A stretch of 33,266 bases of DNA from a virus (IMGVR_UViG_3300010355_000975); one strand, 5' to 3'; positions 18,639-26,847 are shown, numbered from the stretch's first letter. Notes: generated by a model from the sequence alone, not told the origin. Made by a program: numbers and translations.

Positions 18639-19250
18639 TTAATACAAATTTGTATTATCTGTATCATTTGATAAAAAACGTGTTTCACCATAGCATTGTG
18701 TAAATGATAAAAACACTAAATCAATTAATTCCATTCTACTCTTATGTTCAGTTGATTCAATAGTATATTCAGGTGTTCGAATTTTTTGATTTTGAGGATC
18801 GATTAAAATAGCTGTAATAGTAGCTATTAAATTTCCTTCTCTATCTGTTGGATTAAGACCATTAGATGTAACTATTTCATCAGAAGAATTAAGATAAAAT
18901 AATTTACTATACCTACGTCTACTTAATTCTAAAAATGATGCCTTTATCCAATTTTTAATTTGTGTATCAGAATAAATGTTATAATAACTGTATAAAATTA
19001 CAATAGCATCTCCTTTAGTAAGTGATGCAGTAATTATAACAGCATTTAAATCAGAATTATAAGTATAACCTGTGGTTAATAATGAACCATTCTTGTATAC
19101 TTTAATGGCGGACGATGACACATTTTGATGTGATAAATAAAATACATTATCGGAATCATATTCACAAAAGGTTCTTCCATCACTTTGTAAATTATCATCA
19201 ATTTGTATTCGGATTAAATCAATTAATGTATTTATCGTAAATTGTGCCAT
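18639..19250 (-). CDS. head-tail adaptor (connector) with an inserted beta-sandwich
   Basis: First gene after the major capsid gene; LIDLIRIQIDD...YSDTQIKNWI is the typical helical adaptor pattern. Confidence 0.7.
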   Translation of the reverse strand: MAQFTINTLIDLIRIQIDDNLQSDGRTFCEYDSDNVFYLSHQNVSSSAIKVYKNGSLLTTGYTYNSDLNAVIITASLTKGDAIVILYSYYNIYSDTQIKNWIKASFLELSRRRYSKLFYLNSSDEIVTSNGLNPTDREGNLIATITAILIDPQNQKIRTPEYTIESTEHKSRMELIDLVFLSFTQCYGETRFLSNDTDNTNLY

Positions 19251-19271
19251 TTATCATCCTTAATAAATTGG

Positions 19272-19291
19272 GGTGGGGATTACTCCCCACC
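19272..19291 (-). terminator. hairpin after the major capsid gene
   Basis: Minus strand GGTGGGGA-GTAA-TCCCCACC (8 bp, GNRA loop), 7 nt past the stop, followed by CCAATTTATT. Confidence 0.65.
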
Positions 19292-19298
19292 ATAATAA

Positions 19299-20300
19299 TT
19301 AGCTAATTAAATTAACATAAGTATCGGCTTTTTGATAAGCGGCAAAACATTTCGGATTTGTAACAGCCGCACCAAACGAACCAACCGTAATAATCTTGTA
19401 AGCTAACGTAGGAACTGCACCAACCATATGAACATCAAGGTCTTTTGCGAAGATTGCTCTTTCTTTTGCATCTGTATTCACAGGAATTCTTCGACGAGCA
19501 AAAATGGCCGGTCTATTTTTCTGTGAATCGCTAGTTGCTACAAGCAAGGCCCTATCAGTTGGCATAACGGTTTGTGTTCCAGAATGAGTAAACTGATAAT
19601 TCTCGACAGAAATAACTTTGTTAATACCCGCTTTGGCAGGTACAAGTTCACGATTCTTGTCTTCAAAATAATCCATCAATTTAATGTCCCTAGATACATC
19701 AGAACCGGCAATCAAAACTAGATTATTCTTTCCATATTTTGCCAAACTTGCACCCATATCAACTAATACAGGAAAAGTAATTACTGAAGAACCAGAAACA
19801 TTAGTAAATACATTTTTTTCATCTTCGGCGGCGGCAAAATACAAATCAATAAGAGCCTTCTGTTCTAATCTGTTCAATGCTTCATATTGATCAGCGGCCT
19901 TTTCAGCTAAAGAATCATATTTCTGTGTCAACATGCTGTTAATAGTAAGATAATCTTCAGGAGCGGCATATACATCAAGAGCCAATGTAGTAGGAGTCTT
20001 AGGAGTAACTGGAACCTGTGTTACAACACCAGCAGAAATAGTATAAACAGTTTTAGCATTGACATCCTGAACAAAATACTCAACTGTCATACCCGGCATA
20101 ACTGACTTGTATTCAGCAGTATCAGCACCAACATCATTTACAGGAAGTTCGGCATCATAAGGTTCATTCATTAATTCAGTAACCATTTGAGCTGATAAGA
20201 AAGAACTTTTACTACCATCCTGAATAGCGGCGGCTAGTTCAAGTACTTTAGCATCATACTCTTTTTGCACCTGTGCTTCTAGCATAATCTTTTTCATCAA
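19299..20300 (-). CDS. major capsid protein (HK97 fold)
   Basis: 333 aa directly after protease/scaffold; SD AAGGAG (TTG at 20300 or ATG at 20297); followed by a hairpin. Confidence 0.8.
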   Translation of the reverse strand: MMKKIMLEAQVQKEYDAKVLELAAAIQDGSKSSFLSAQMVTELMNEPYDAELPVNDVGADTAEYKSVMPGMTVEYFVQDVNAKTVYTISAGVVTQVPVTPKTPTTLALDVYAAPEDYLTINSMLTQKYDSLAEKAADQYEALNRLEQKALIDLYFAAAEDEKNVFTNVSGSSVITFPVLVDMGASLAKYGKNNLVLIAGSDVSRDIKLMDYFEDKNRELVPAKAGINKVISVENYQFTHSGTQTVMPTDRALLVATSDSQKNRPAIFARRRIPVNTDAKERAIFAKDLDVHMVGAVPTLAYKIITVGSFGAAVTNPKCFAAYQKADTYVNLIS

Positions 20301-20326
20301 TCTTTCTCCTTTTTGTATTAATAAAA

Positions 20327-21175
20327 TTACAATTGTCTTGTTTTCTTCTTTAAAAATTTCTGCTTTGCTTCAATAATTTCAACACCATCATTTGAATCAT
20401 CCGTGTCATGCCCTGCATCAAGAGCAGAATTGGTTGATGCCTGTAATGATGTGGAAGTAGTTCCTTGCTTTAATTCGGCTACTTGTTTCTGCAATCGAGC
20501 AATAGTTACTTTGTTTTCATCCATTAATTGCTCATCTGCTAAATCCTTTACAAAATCACCAAGTTCTGCTCTAATTTCAGCAACCGTCTTAGCATTATCT
20601 TTATAAAAAGATACTTGTGCTGTCAAAATAGCAATCTCTTTTTCTTTTTCAGCAATCACAACATCTTTTTCGGCAATTGTAACTTCTTTTGCTGAAAGTT
20701 GTGCTTTCAATTCTTCATCTGTTTTAGATGCTAAAAGGTCATCTTTTTCTTTAATTTTTGCTTCATATTCTACCTTAACCGCTTCCTGTGCTTCAGTAAC
20801 TTTGGCTTCTAAAGCGGCTTGTGTATAAACTGTGTTGCGAACTGTTTTTGTTTCTTCAACAGGTTTACCTTCAACTTCACGAACATAAGTAGTTGTTTCC
20901 ACAACTTCCATTGTTCCTTTTTCAGTATCTTCAACTACATCATAGACCCGTGTTTCAGTTGATTTACTCTTTTGAATTGTTGCCTGTTCCAATTCTTCTT
21001 TAGCTTTCAATTCAGCGGCTTCTTTATCGGCTTTCAATTTTTCTTCCGCTTCTGCTCTCTTAATCAATTCTGCTTCAAATTGCTCATCCGACCATACTTT
21101 TACTTCATCGCCTTTTTCCGCAATTAAAGAGGCTTTAAATGTTTCTAGCAAAGCCTTTTTTGCTTTCTCATCCAT
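20327..21175 (-). CDS. putative internally initiated scaffold protein (282 aa)
   Basis: In-frame Met224 is preceded by GGAGGAG-ataatcaa-ATG, exactly at the protease/coiled-coil boundary. Confidence 0.6.
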   Translation of the reverse strand: MDEKAKKALLETFKASLIAEKGDEVKVWSDEQFEAELIKRAEAEEKLKADKEAAELKAKEELEQATIQKSKSTETRVYDVVEDTEKGTMEVVETTTYVREVEGKPVEETKTVRNTVYTQAALEAKVTEAQEAVKVEYEAKIKEKDDLLASKTDEELKAQLSAKEVTIAEKDVVIAEKEKEIAILTAQVSFYKDNAKTVAEIRAELGDFVKDLADEQLMDENKVTIARLQKQVAELKQGTTSTSLQASTNSALDAGHDTDDSNDGVEIIEAKQKFLKKKTRQL

Positions 21176-21844
21176 TTGATTATCTCCTCCACTTTGGTTA
21201 CTTTCCAATTTCAATGATTTTAAAGATTTATCTATTAGTTCGCCGAGATAAAGCCATTTTTTAGAAATGTCCTCAACGCTTGCATATAATAGTTGTTTGT
21301 CGTCTTGTTTTAATGCTTCTTCAATAATTCGCATGGCTTGTGAAATAACATGCCCATCTTTATAAGCCGGATTTTTTTTAAATAAAAGCCCAACCCCACA
21401 AAAAGTCGCCTGTTTAACACGCATAACTTTTCCATCAATCTTTAAATCTTTTTTACTAACCTTTAATTCAAAACTAACATGAAGATTTCCTTCTTCTAAT
21501 AATTCAAGAGCTTCTTGATACTCTTCTTCATTATAAACAGTATCAAAACAAATAACTATTTGAATCTCATCCCCAACCATAAAACTATCAAGAATAAACC
21601 CTAATCGTTCATGGTGTCTATGATTACGATTTACTTGAGTTCCTTTAAGATAAGGCACATCTTTTTGAACACTTTTTTCCAAAATTACGCCGTTGGCATT
21701 TGCTGTTACCCCATCCGCTAATGCATACTTCGCTAAAAAGAAACGCAAAGTTGGGTGAGGATATTGAATACCTGCTTTTTGAATAGCATCTTCAATGGCT
21801 TTATCTATTTTTTGAACTTTTGCTTCTAAATAAATTTTTTCCAT
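20327..21844 (-). CDS. prohead protease fused to scaffold
   Basis: N-terminal ANANG...VNRNH (His)...LHVSFEL (Ser)...FCGVGL...NPAY fits HK97/Mu-type maturation proteases; the C-terminal part is Glu/Lys/Ala-rich coiled coil. Confidence 0.75.
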   Translation of the reverse strand: MEKIYLEAKVQKIDKAIEDAIQKAGIQYPHPTLRFFLAKYALADGVTANANGVILEKSVQKDVPYLKGTQVNRNHRHHERLGFILDSFMVGDEIQIVICFDTVYNEEEYQEALELLEEGNLHVSFELKVSKKDLKIDGKVMRVKQATFCGVGLLFKKNPAYKDGHVISQAMRIIEEALKQDDKQLLYASVEDISKKWLYLGELIDKSLKSLKLESNQSGGDNQMDEKAKKALLETFKASLIAEKGDEVKVWSDEQFEAELIKRAEAEEKLKADKEAAELKAKEELEQATIQKSKSTETRVYDVVEDTEKGTMEVVETTTYVREVEGKPVEETKTVRNTVYTQAALEAKVTEAQEAVKVEYEAKIKEKDDLLASKTDEELKAQLSAKEVTIAEKDVVIAEKEKEIAILTAQVSFYKDNAKTVAEIRAELGDFVKDLADEQLMDENKVTIARLQKQVAELKQGTTSTSLQASTNSALDAGHDTDDSNDGVEIIEAKQKFLKKKTRQL

Positions 21845-21846
21845 AT

Positions 21847-23523
21847 TTAATCCTTCTTATTTAAAACCCATTTTCCAGATTTATTCTGGTGAGCAATTTT
21901 TGAAATAGTAGCCCATGCCTTTTTAAAAGCAATTTCTTCACTATCACCATTTTTTAACGCATTATTAACTACTTGCATAAAAATCTTTTGAAGCCTATTT
22001 CCCATATTATTTTTGACTGAATCAGGAAGTTCAGATGTTTTAGAATAAGGGGCCTCTAAATACTCACCTAATTCCTTTTCAATAACTTCACCCAATTCAG
22101 TAATTAAATCATCTTCTAATTCATCCATTGCTTGATTAGCTTTATCAACATCTTCCTGAATTTGAGTAGCATTTTTATAATTGACTACTTCAGGAGTATT
22201 TTTCTTTTTATCATCTGGTGTAGTATTATTAGATGTATCGTTTTGCCCATTATCTAAATTTTGCACAACCCTAGGAAACATTCTTAAATCTAACTTTTCT
22301 TTTCGTTCTCTATCTCGTTCTTTTACTTGACGTTCAAATAATAATCCAGTAGTATTTTCTAATCCACTCTTATCACCAACTAATCCTCTATCATACCATG
22401 AACGAATAAGTGCTTTATCATCTTTAGTTAAAAATGCTTTAATAACTCCGGGTTGTACAATTGCTTTATCGTTCACATTATATTTAGAAGAATTTTTTTC
22501 TTGAATCATTTTAACAACGGTTTGCAATAAATCTTTATAATCAAGAACAGCATCTTCTACTTCTTCTACTAAAACCTTTGGATTTAAAATAGCTTCTTCT
22601 CTTGTCGAAGAAAATCCTTTTAATTCAATCATTCCCATAGCACTTAATAATGCTTGGTCAATTGGTTTAGTAATTTTTTCATCTAAAATTTTTCCAAAAT
22701 CAGGAATCAATTCTTCAATTTTAAAATGGTAAGGATACGCACCAACAACCGCACTACTCTTATCTTTTTTTGATTCATCTTCGTATTTAGTTGCTATGTC
22801 CTTAAAATCTTGTGGTTGTGGTACAATGTTTTTACTTGTTAATTCGGGAGAACCTAATTTTAAAAGCAATTGATATGGAAAAGATGTTACAAGCATTTTA
22901 TTCTGATGCTCAATAACTTTAATTTTTCGCAATGCATGATCCAACGCCCCTCTTTTTACTAAATAAGGCATTGGATATAATTTATATTGTTGATTATATG
23001 GTTTTCGAATTAAGACACTGGTAGTATCAGTATTATCTAATAAATTATTTTCAGAAATTTTTCTAATGTAATACTTTACAGTATCTAACCGATTTTCTTT
23101 ATTCGTCGCATACACATTTGCCCCATCTAAAAACCACATCTTCATGGGCAATAAATAACCATTATATTTTTCCCAAATCATTCGCAAAACAATAAACGAA
23201 CTTGTCCATCGTTCCCGATAATACTGTTCAGAAACAGATCGCAATCCCCAAGGTATATCAATATTAACATCTTTATTAACGTTTTCTTTCCAATAATTTA
23301 ATAACTCAACCATACCTGTTTTTGTAGCATCAAAATCAATTGGAACATTTGCCGCTCTAATCATAAAATCCATAATTGGAGAAATAATAGCTGTTCTATC
23401 ATTATTTAATAAATCATTCACTTGTTTCATTTGCTCATGGTATTTATTTGATACCTTGATATCAACTGAAAAAGTATTTAATTGATTTATTAAATGCGAT
23501 AATAAAAGGTCTGTTTCTGTCAT
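21847..23523 (-). CDS. portal protein with C-terminal ChaB domain
   Basis: 558 aa between TerL and protease (positional portal call); the last ~67 aa (PYSKTSELPDSVK...AFKKAWATI...GKW) match ChaB. Confidence 0.8.
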   Translation of the reverse strand: MTETDLLLSHLINQLNTFSVDIKVSNKYHEQMKQVNDLLNNDRTAIISPIMDFMIRAANVPIDFDATKTGMVELLNYWKENVNKDVNIDIPWGLRSVSEQYYRERWTSSFIVLRMIWEKYNGYLLPMKMWFLDGANVYATNKENRLDTVKYYIRKISENNLLDNTDTTSVLIRKPYNQQYKLYPMPYLVKRGALDHALRKIKVIEHQNKMLVTSFPYQLLLKLGSPELTSKNIVPQPQDFKDIATKYEDESKKDKSSAVVGAYPYHFKIEELIPDFGKILDEKITKPIDQALLSAMGMIELKGFSSTREEAILNPKVLVEEVEDAVLDYKDLLQTVVKMIQEKNSSKYNVNDKAIVQPGVIKAFLTKDDKALIRSWYDRGLVGDKSGLENTTGLLFERQVKERDRERKEKLDLRMFPRVVQNLDNGQNDTSNNTTPDDKKKNTPEVVNYKNATQIQEDVDKANQAMDELEDDLITELGEVIEKELGEYLEAPYSKTSELPDSVKNNMGNRLQKIFMQVVNNALKNGDSEEIAFKKAWATISKIAHQNKSGKWVLNKKD

Positions 23524-25178
23524 TTTTTACACTCTGTAGATGTTAATCCCCAACATACTTTTATATTAAAATTCTGTTTTAAAATTTTCTGTTCATTGAA
23601 AAATCTGCAAATAGCCCACGTTTGCCATGCCTGAATCAAGTGATTTTCGCCCTTTGACCCATATTGAATTTTACCTTTATTACTAGATGCCAAAACGTTA
23701 GTAAATTGGTTTTCAAATTTTGGATCATTCGGAATTTCAACATCACTACTATATAACATTCTTTCTAATTCTTTAAAAGACCAATCTTCACAATTATGTT
23801 TTTTAAAAATTGGATCACCGTTGTTGTCCGTTTTTACAACATCATTACCATATCCATCTTTTTCAATTTCAAACCCAACTTCAATATTTTCATTAAACCG
23901 CACTTTTAATAAATGTTCCTCTGGAATTCCCATTTTAAATAAACGATCAATCATTGCTCCTGAATCTGATGTTGAATCTAAAGCTATAAATGCACTGCCT
24001 AACTTATCATATAAATATTTAATTATTTCTGGCTGTTCTTCAGGAGTCAATCGAAGCAATGAAATATTATAAACATATTTATATTTTTTTCCATCATAAA
24101 AAACTATAATTAATTCAGTTGGAGCCGCACCAAATCCCAAATCACCACATATAAAACATTGTTCTGCACCAATCATTCTTTCGACAATTAAAATGTTTTC
24201 ATAATTCGTAAAATTGTCTTTTGATACTTCTAAAAATTTAACTCGGGAATGATTTTTAAAACTAGCTTCTTTTAACCGCTTCATATCAAAAAAACCAAAT
24301 GCACCCTCAATTGTTTTTGCCTCAACATTTAATAAATATTGTGGTGTAGTTTTACCACCATATTCTTCTGCTTTTTCTTCTTCAATTTTATTTGACCAAT
24401 CTGCCCGAACATATTGTGGCAATTGCCAAATCCAATTTTTTAAAGCCTTATTTTGTAAAATCTTTCCCAATGGTGAACCAACACATAAATCTGGTATTCC
24501 AGACGGGCGTTCAATGTGCCCATAAGACATACCAGAATCAACGCTTTTTAATTGTCCTTCAATCGTGGCATAACTATATTCTTCATAAAACCTTATCTCA
24601 TAATGTTTTGAATGAAATTGCACACCCGGATTATCACCATCAACCTGTTCATTTACAGCATATCCTTTGCACCCATGTTCGGTTGTAATTGTTAAAGGGT
24701 CACGCTTTGCACAATTTGTTCTACCATCTCTAGGATGAAAAATTTGTAAAAATTTATGACTTTCAACATATGAGGCAATAGGGTCACAAACTTTTTTTAA
24801 TTTTTCAGCAGAACAAGAAGCAACACATATTTCCTTAAAACCAAAAATAATTGCTAATAAAGAATCAATAATAAGCCACAGCGACTTTCCTGTATTACGA
24901 CTACCAATCATGTAACAATCGCCAGCACCTTTTTGAATTCTAAAATTATCTTCTTTTTCGAGATTAGGATCATCCGCATACATATATGAATAATTCTGAA
25001 TTGCAAATTGATAATCTCTAATAGTAATTGTTGGAGAATTTTCATTCCATGTTTGAGGAGCATTTAAATTTGCAGGAATCAAACATTCTGTCATAGCTGT
25101 TGGATCATAAAAAAATTCTAAAAATTCTATCTCCTCTTCTGTTAAAGGATTACGATCAACCATTTTTATTTTTTCCAA
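23520..25178 (-). CDS. terL: terminase large subunit
   Basis: RDYQ adenine-binding motif, Walker A SRNTGKS, Walker B-like IRFYEE, coupling motif SGIP, RNase H-like nuclease acids CGDLG and ALDST; upstream of the portal. Confidence 0.9.
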   Translation of the reverse strand: MEKIKMVDRNPLTEEEIEFLEFFYDPTAMTECLIPANLNAPQTWNENSPTITIRDYQFAIQNYSYMYADDPNLEKEDNFRIQKGAGDCYMIGSRNTGKSLWLIIDSLLAIIFGFKEICVASCSAEKLKKVCDPIASYVESHKFLQIFHPRDGRTNCAKRDPLTITTEHGCKGYAVNEQVDGDNPGVQFHSKHYEIRFYEEYSYATIEGQLKSVDSGMSYGHIERPSGIPDLCVGSPLGKILQNKALKNWIWQLPQYVRADWSNKIEEEKAEEYGGKTTPQYLLNVEAKTIEGAFGFFDMKRLKEASFKNHSRVKFLEVSKDNFTNYENILIVERMIGAEQCFICGDLGFGAAPTELIIVFYDGKKYKYVYNISLLRLTPEEQPEIIKYLYDKLGSAFIALDSTSDSGAMIDRLFKMGIPEEHLLKVRFNENIEVGFEIEKDGYGNDVVKTDNNGDPIFKKHNCEDWSFKELERMLYSSDVEIPNDPKFENQFTNVLASSNKGKIQYGSKGENHLIQAWQTWAICRFFNEQKILKQNFNIKVCWGLTSTECKK

Positions 25179-25425
25179 TCAGCCCATAACCATATTGTAA
25201 ATTTGTTTTATTTGTCCATGCTTCTAAAAAATTTGAACTACCAAAAGCATATCTAGCATTATCGGAATTATTTAAAATTCTTAAAATAACCCACTCACCA
25301 TTTGATCGAACATACAAATAATAAGTATAGTTGTCAATTGTTTCTTTTTCAGCAATTGTTTCTAGATCAATTGTTTCATAAAAAATTCTTGAAAGAGGAT
25401 CAAATTTAACAATTGTTTTTATCAT
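25156..25425 (-). CDS. hypothetical protein between TerS candidate and TerL
   Basis: 89 aa; GEWVILR...RYAFG...AWTNKTNLQY; overlaps both neighbours. Confidence 0.65.
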   Translation of the reverse strand: MIKTIVKFDPLSRIFYETIDLETIAEKETIDNYTYYLYVRSNGEWVILRILNNSDNARYAFGSSNFLEAWTNKTNLQYGYGLIGKNKNG

Positions 25426-26234
25426 TTTGGTTGATTGTAATAAGTTGAATGCCGTAAATTTGGATTTGAATTTATATATTCAATAATTCTTTGTTCTTCT
25501 ACTCCATCAATTTCAATAATTTTATTTTCGTTCTCAATAACCCATTCAATATATTTTTCAGATGTTCTAAGAATGTCTGCCGCTAATTTTTTTGTTATTG
25601 TACCATTCTTAACTGCATCAATTACAACATAGTTGAAAAGAAATCGTCCGCTGAAACTGGGATGTACTAAACAATCAAAATCTTTTACTCTGCGCCTAAA
25701 TAATCTTGGTTGAACATCAAAATGACCACAGTTATTACAAAGTAGGGGTACATAAGCAGTAAATTCATTTCTATTAAATGGAATATAAACAGCAAACTTT
25801 TTCTTAAGCATCTCTAAAGCTGATAAATCATCTTTCTTTTCTGCTTTAGTAATTCCTAATTTTTCTTGAAGATTATAAATTTGTGCTTGTGTGTCATGTA
25901 GTGCTTTTACTTCTTTTTCTGGAATAAAACTATTACTTTTATTATTTGCTACTTCGTCTAAAGCATCTTTTAAATGGATTAACAAAATTTCTTCATAAAC
26001 CAAATCGCCAACAATTTTATATTCAACCAATGTTTCAAATGGATAATTATTTATGTAATGATCAAAGATTTCTTCGGCTTCTTTTTTATCGGATGCTTTT
26101 TTAAATCTTGACTTTATATCAACACATTTTTTAAAAACAATTTTCTTTGCTTCACGTTCTAATTCGACTAAAGAACGATTTTTATTTTGCTTCATATTTT
26201 GCAAAATTTTTACTTGTTTTTCTATATCAGTCAT
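25422..26234 (-). CDS. probable terminase small subunit
   Basis: 270 aa, first gene of the packaging operon; helical core, CNNC, and C-terminal HTH-like TITKKLAADILRTSEKYIEW. Positional inference. Confidence 0.55.
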   Translation of the reverse strand: MTDIEKQVKILQNMKQNKNRSLVELEREAKKIVFKKCVDIKSRFKKASDKKEAEEIFDHYINNYPFETLVEYKIVGDLVYEEILLIHLKDALDEVANNKSNSFIPEKEVKALHDTQAQIYNLQEKLGITKAEKKDDLSALEMLKKKFAVYIPFNRNEFTAYVPLLCNNCGHFDVQPRLFRRRVKDFDCLVHPSFSGRFLFNYVVIDAVKNGTITKKLAADILRTSEKYIEWVIENENKIIEIDGVEEQRIIEYINSNPNLRHSTYYNQPK

Positions 26235-26246
26235 AAAATACCTTAC

Positions 26247-26284
26247 AAAAACAAAAAATCCATAGTATAATTAAATACTATGGA
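26247..26284 (-). terminator. intrinsic terminator immediately upstream of the TerS candidate
   Basis: Minus strand TCCATAGTAT-ttaatt-ATACTATGGA (perfect 10 bp) followed by TTTTTTGTTTTT; the ATG is 12 nt past the U-tract. Confidence 0.7.
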
Positions 26285-26346
26285 CACACTTTTAGCCTTG
26301 TTTATAGCTTAAATAATTAAACTTATTATTTATTTTATTCATTTGG

Positions 26347-26601
26347 GGTTAGGCGACAAGCGCCTAACCATTTATCGCTAACGCCTTATTGATAAGACGA
26401 GCGAGTGGCGAAATGAAGAATTTCACCCGTTTTCAGACCGAAAACTGAATTGACGGTTTTATTATTGGTGGATCGTTGCCACTTCGGTTTTTTGGTCTAA
26501 TCCTACTACCAAGTCTAGCTTGGGGTCAGATCGTTTAACCAAAAATAACAATGTAGGCAATCCTTTACTAGTCCGTATAAGACCAATTGCCTAGGATTAG
26601 A
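26347..26601 (-). ncRNA. candidate structured non-coding RNA / leader of unknown class
   Basis: GC-enriched island in an AT-rich spacer with at least 9 helices, including a 10-bp long-range pair (26496-26505/26592-26601), an 8-bp stem (26554-26561/26586-26593) and a 9-bp hairpin (26347-26369). Four stems contain G.U pairs on the minus strand that would be C.A mismatches on the plus strand. Confidence 0.65.
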
Positions 26602-26680
26602 ATATTTATTCATAACTACTTATATTTCAAACACTTAACTAATTTCAACACAAAATATCAATTCTCTAGTGTACACTTTA

Positions 26681-26710
26681 ATTATAACATATTGGATAGC
26701 CGTTTGTCAA
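26681..26710 (-). promoter_or_regulatory. consensus sigma70/sigmaA promoter
   Basis: TTGACA (26710-26705), 18-nt spacer ending in TGT (extended -10), then TATAAT (26686-26681); predicted start near 26674. Confidence 0.8.
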
Positions 26711-26847
26711 GGGGCAACCATAACTACTTCATAATCAACAACATATATCAAAAATTCTTTTTTAACCCTGCATTGTTAAAATATAAAAATGTTATAAGTC
26801 CTTTATTGTCAACAAGTACATTTTTTATTTCGTTGCAGAATTAAATT

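Noticed and set aside
26471-26532. P1-like methylation-controlled pac site from the two GATC sites
   Set aside because: Only two sites, GATC is common throughout the window, and the specificity of the phage MTase is unknown.
26347-26601. tRNA, tmRNA, hammerhead or group I intron identity for the structured region
   Set aside because: No cloverleaf or TTCGA T-loop, no CUGANGA/GAAA core, and no convincing P7 (R/S) pair in the correct order.
26515-26613. 32-aa leader peptide MNKYSNPRQLVLYGLVKDCLHCYFWLNDLTPS
   Set aside because: No SD, and the codons sit inside strong helices; it cannot be excluded, but there is no positive support.
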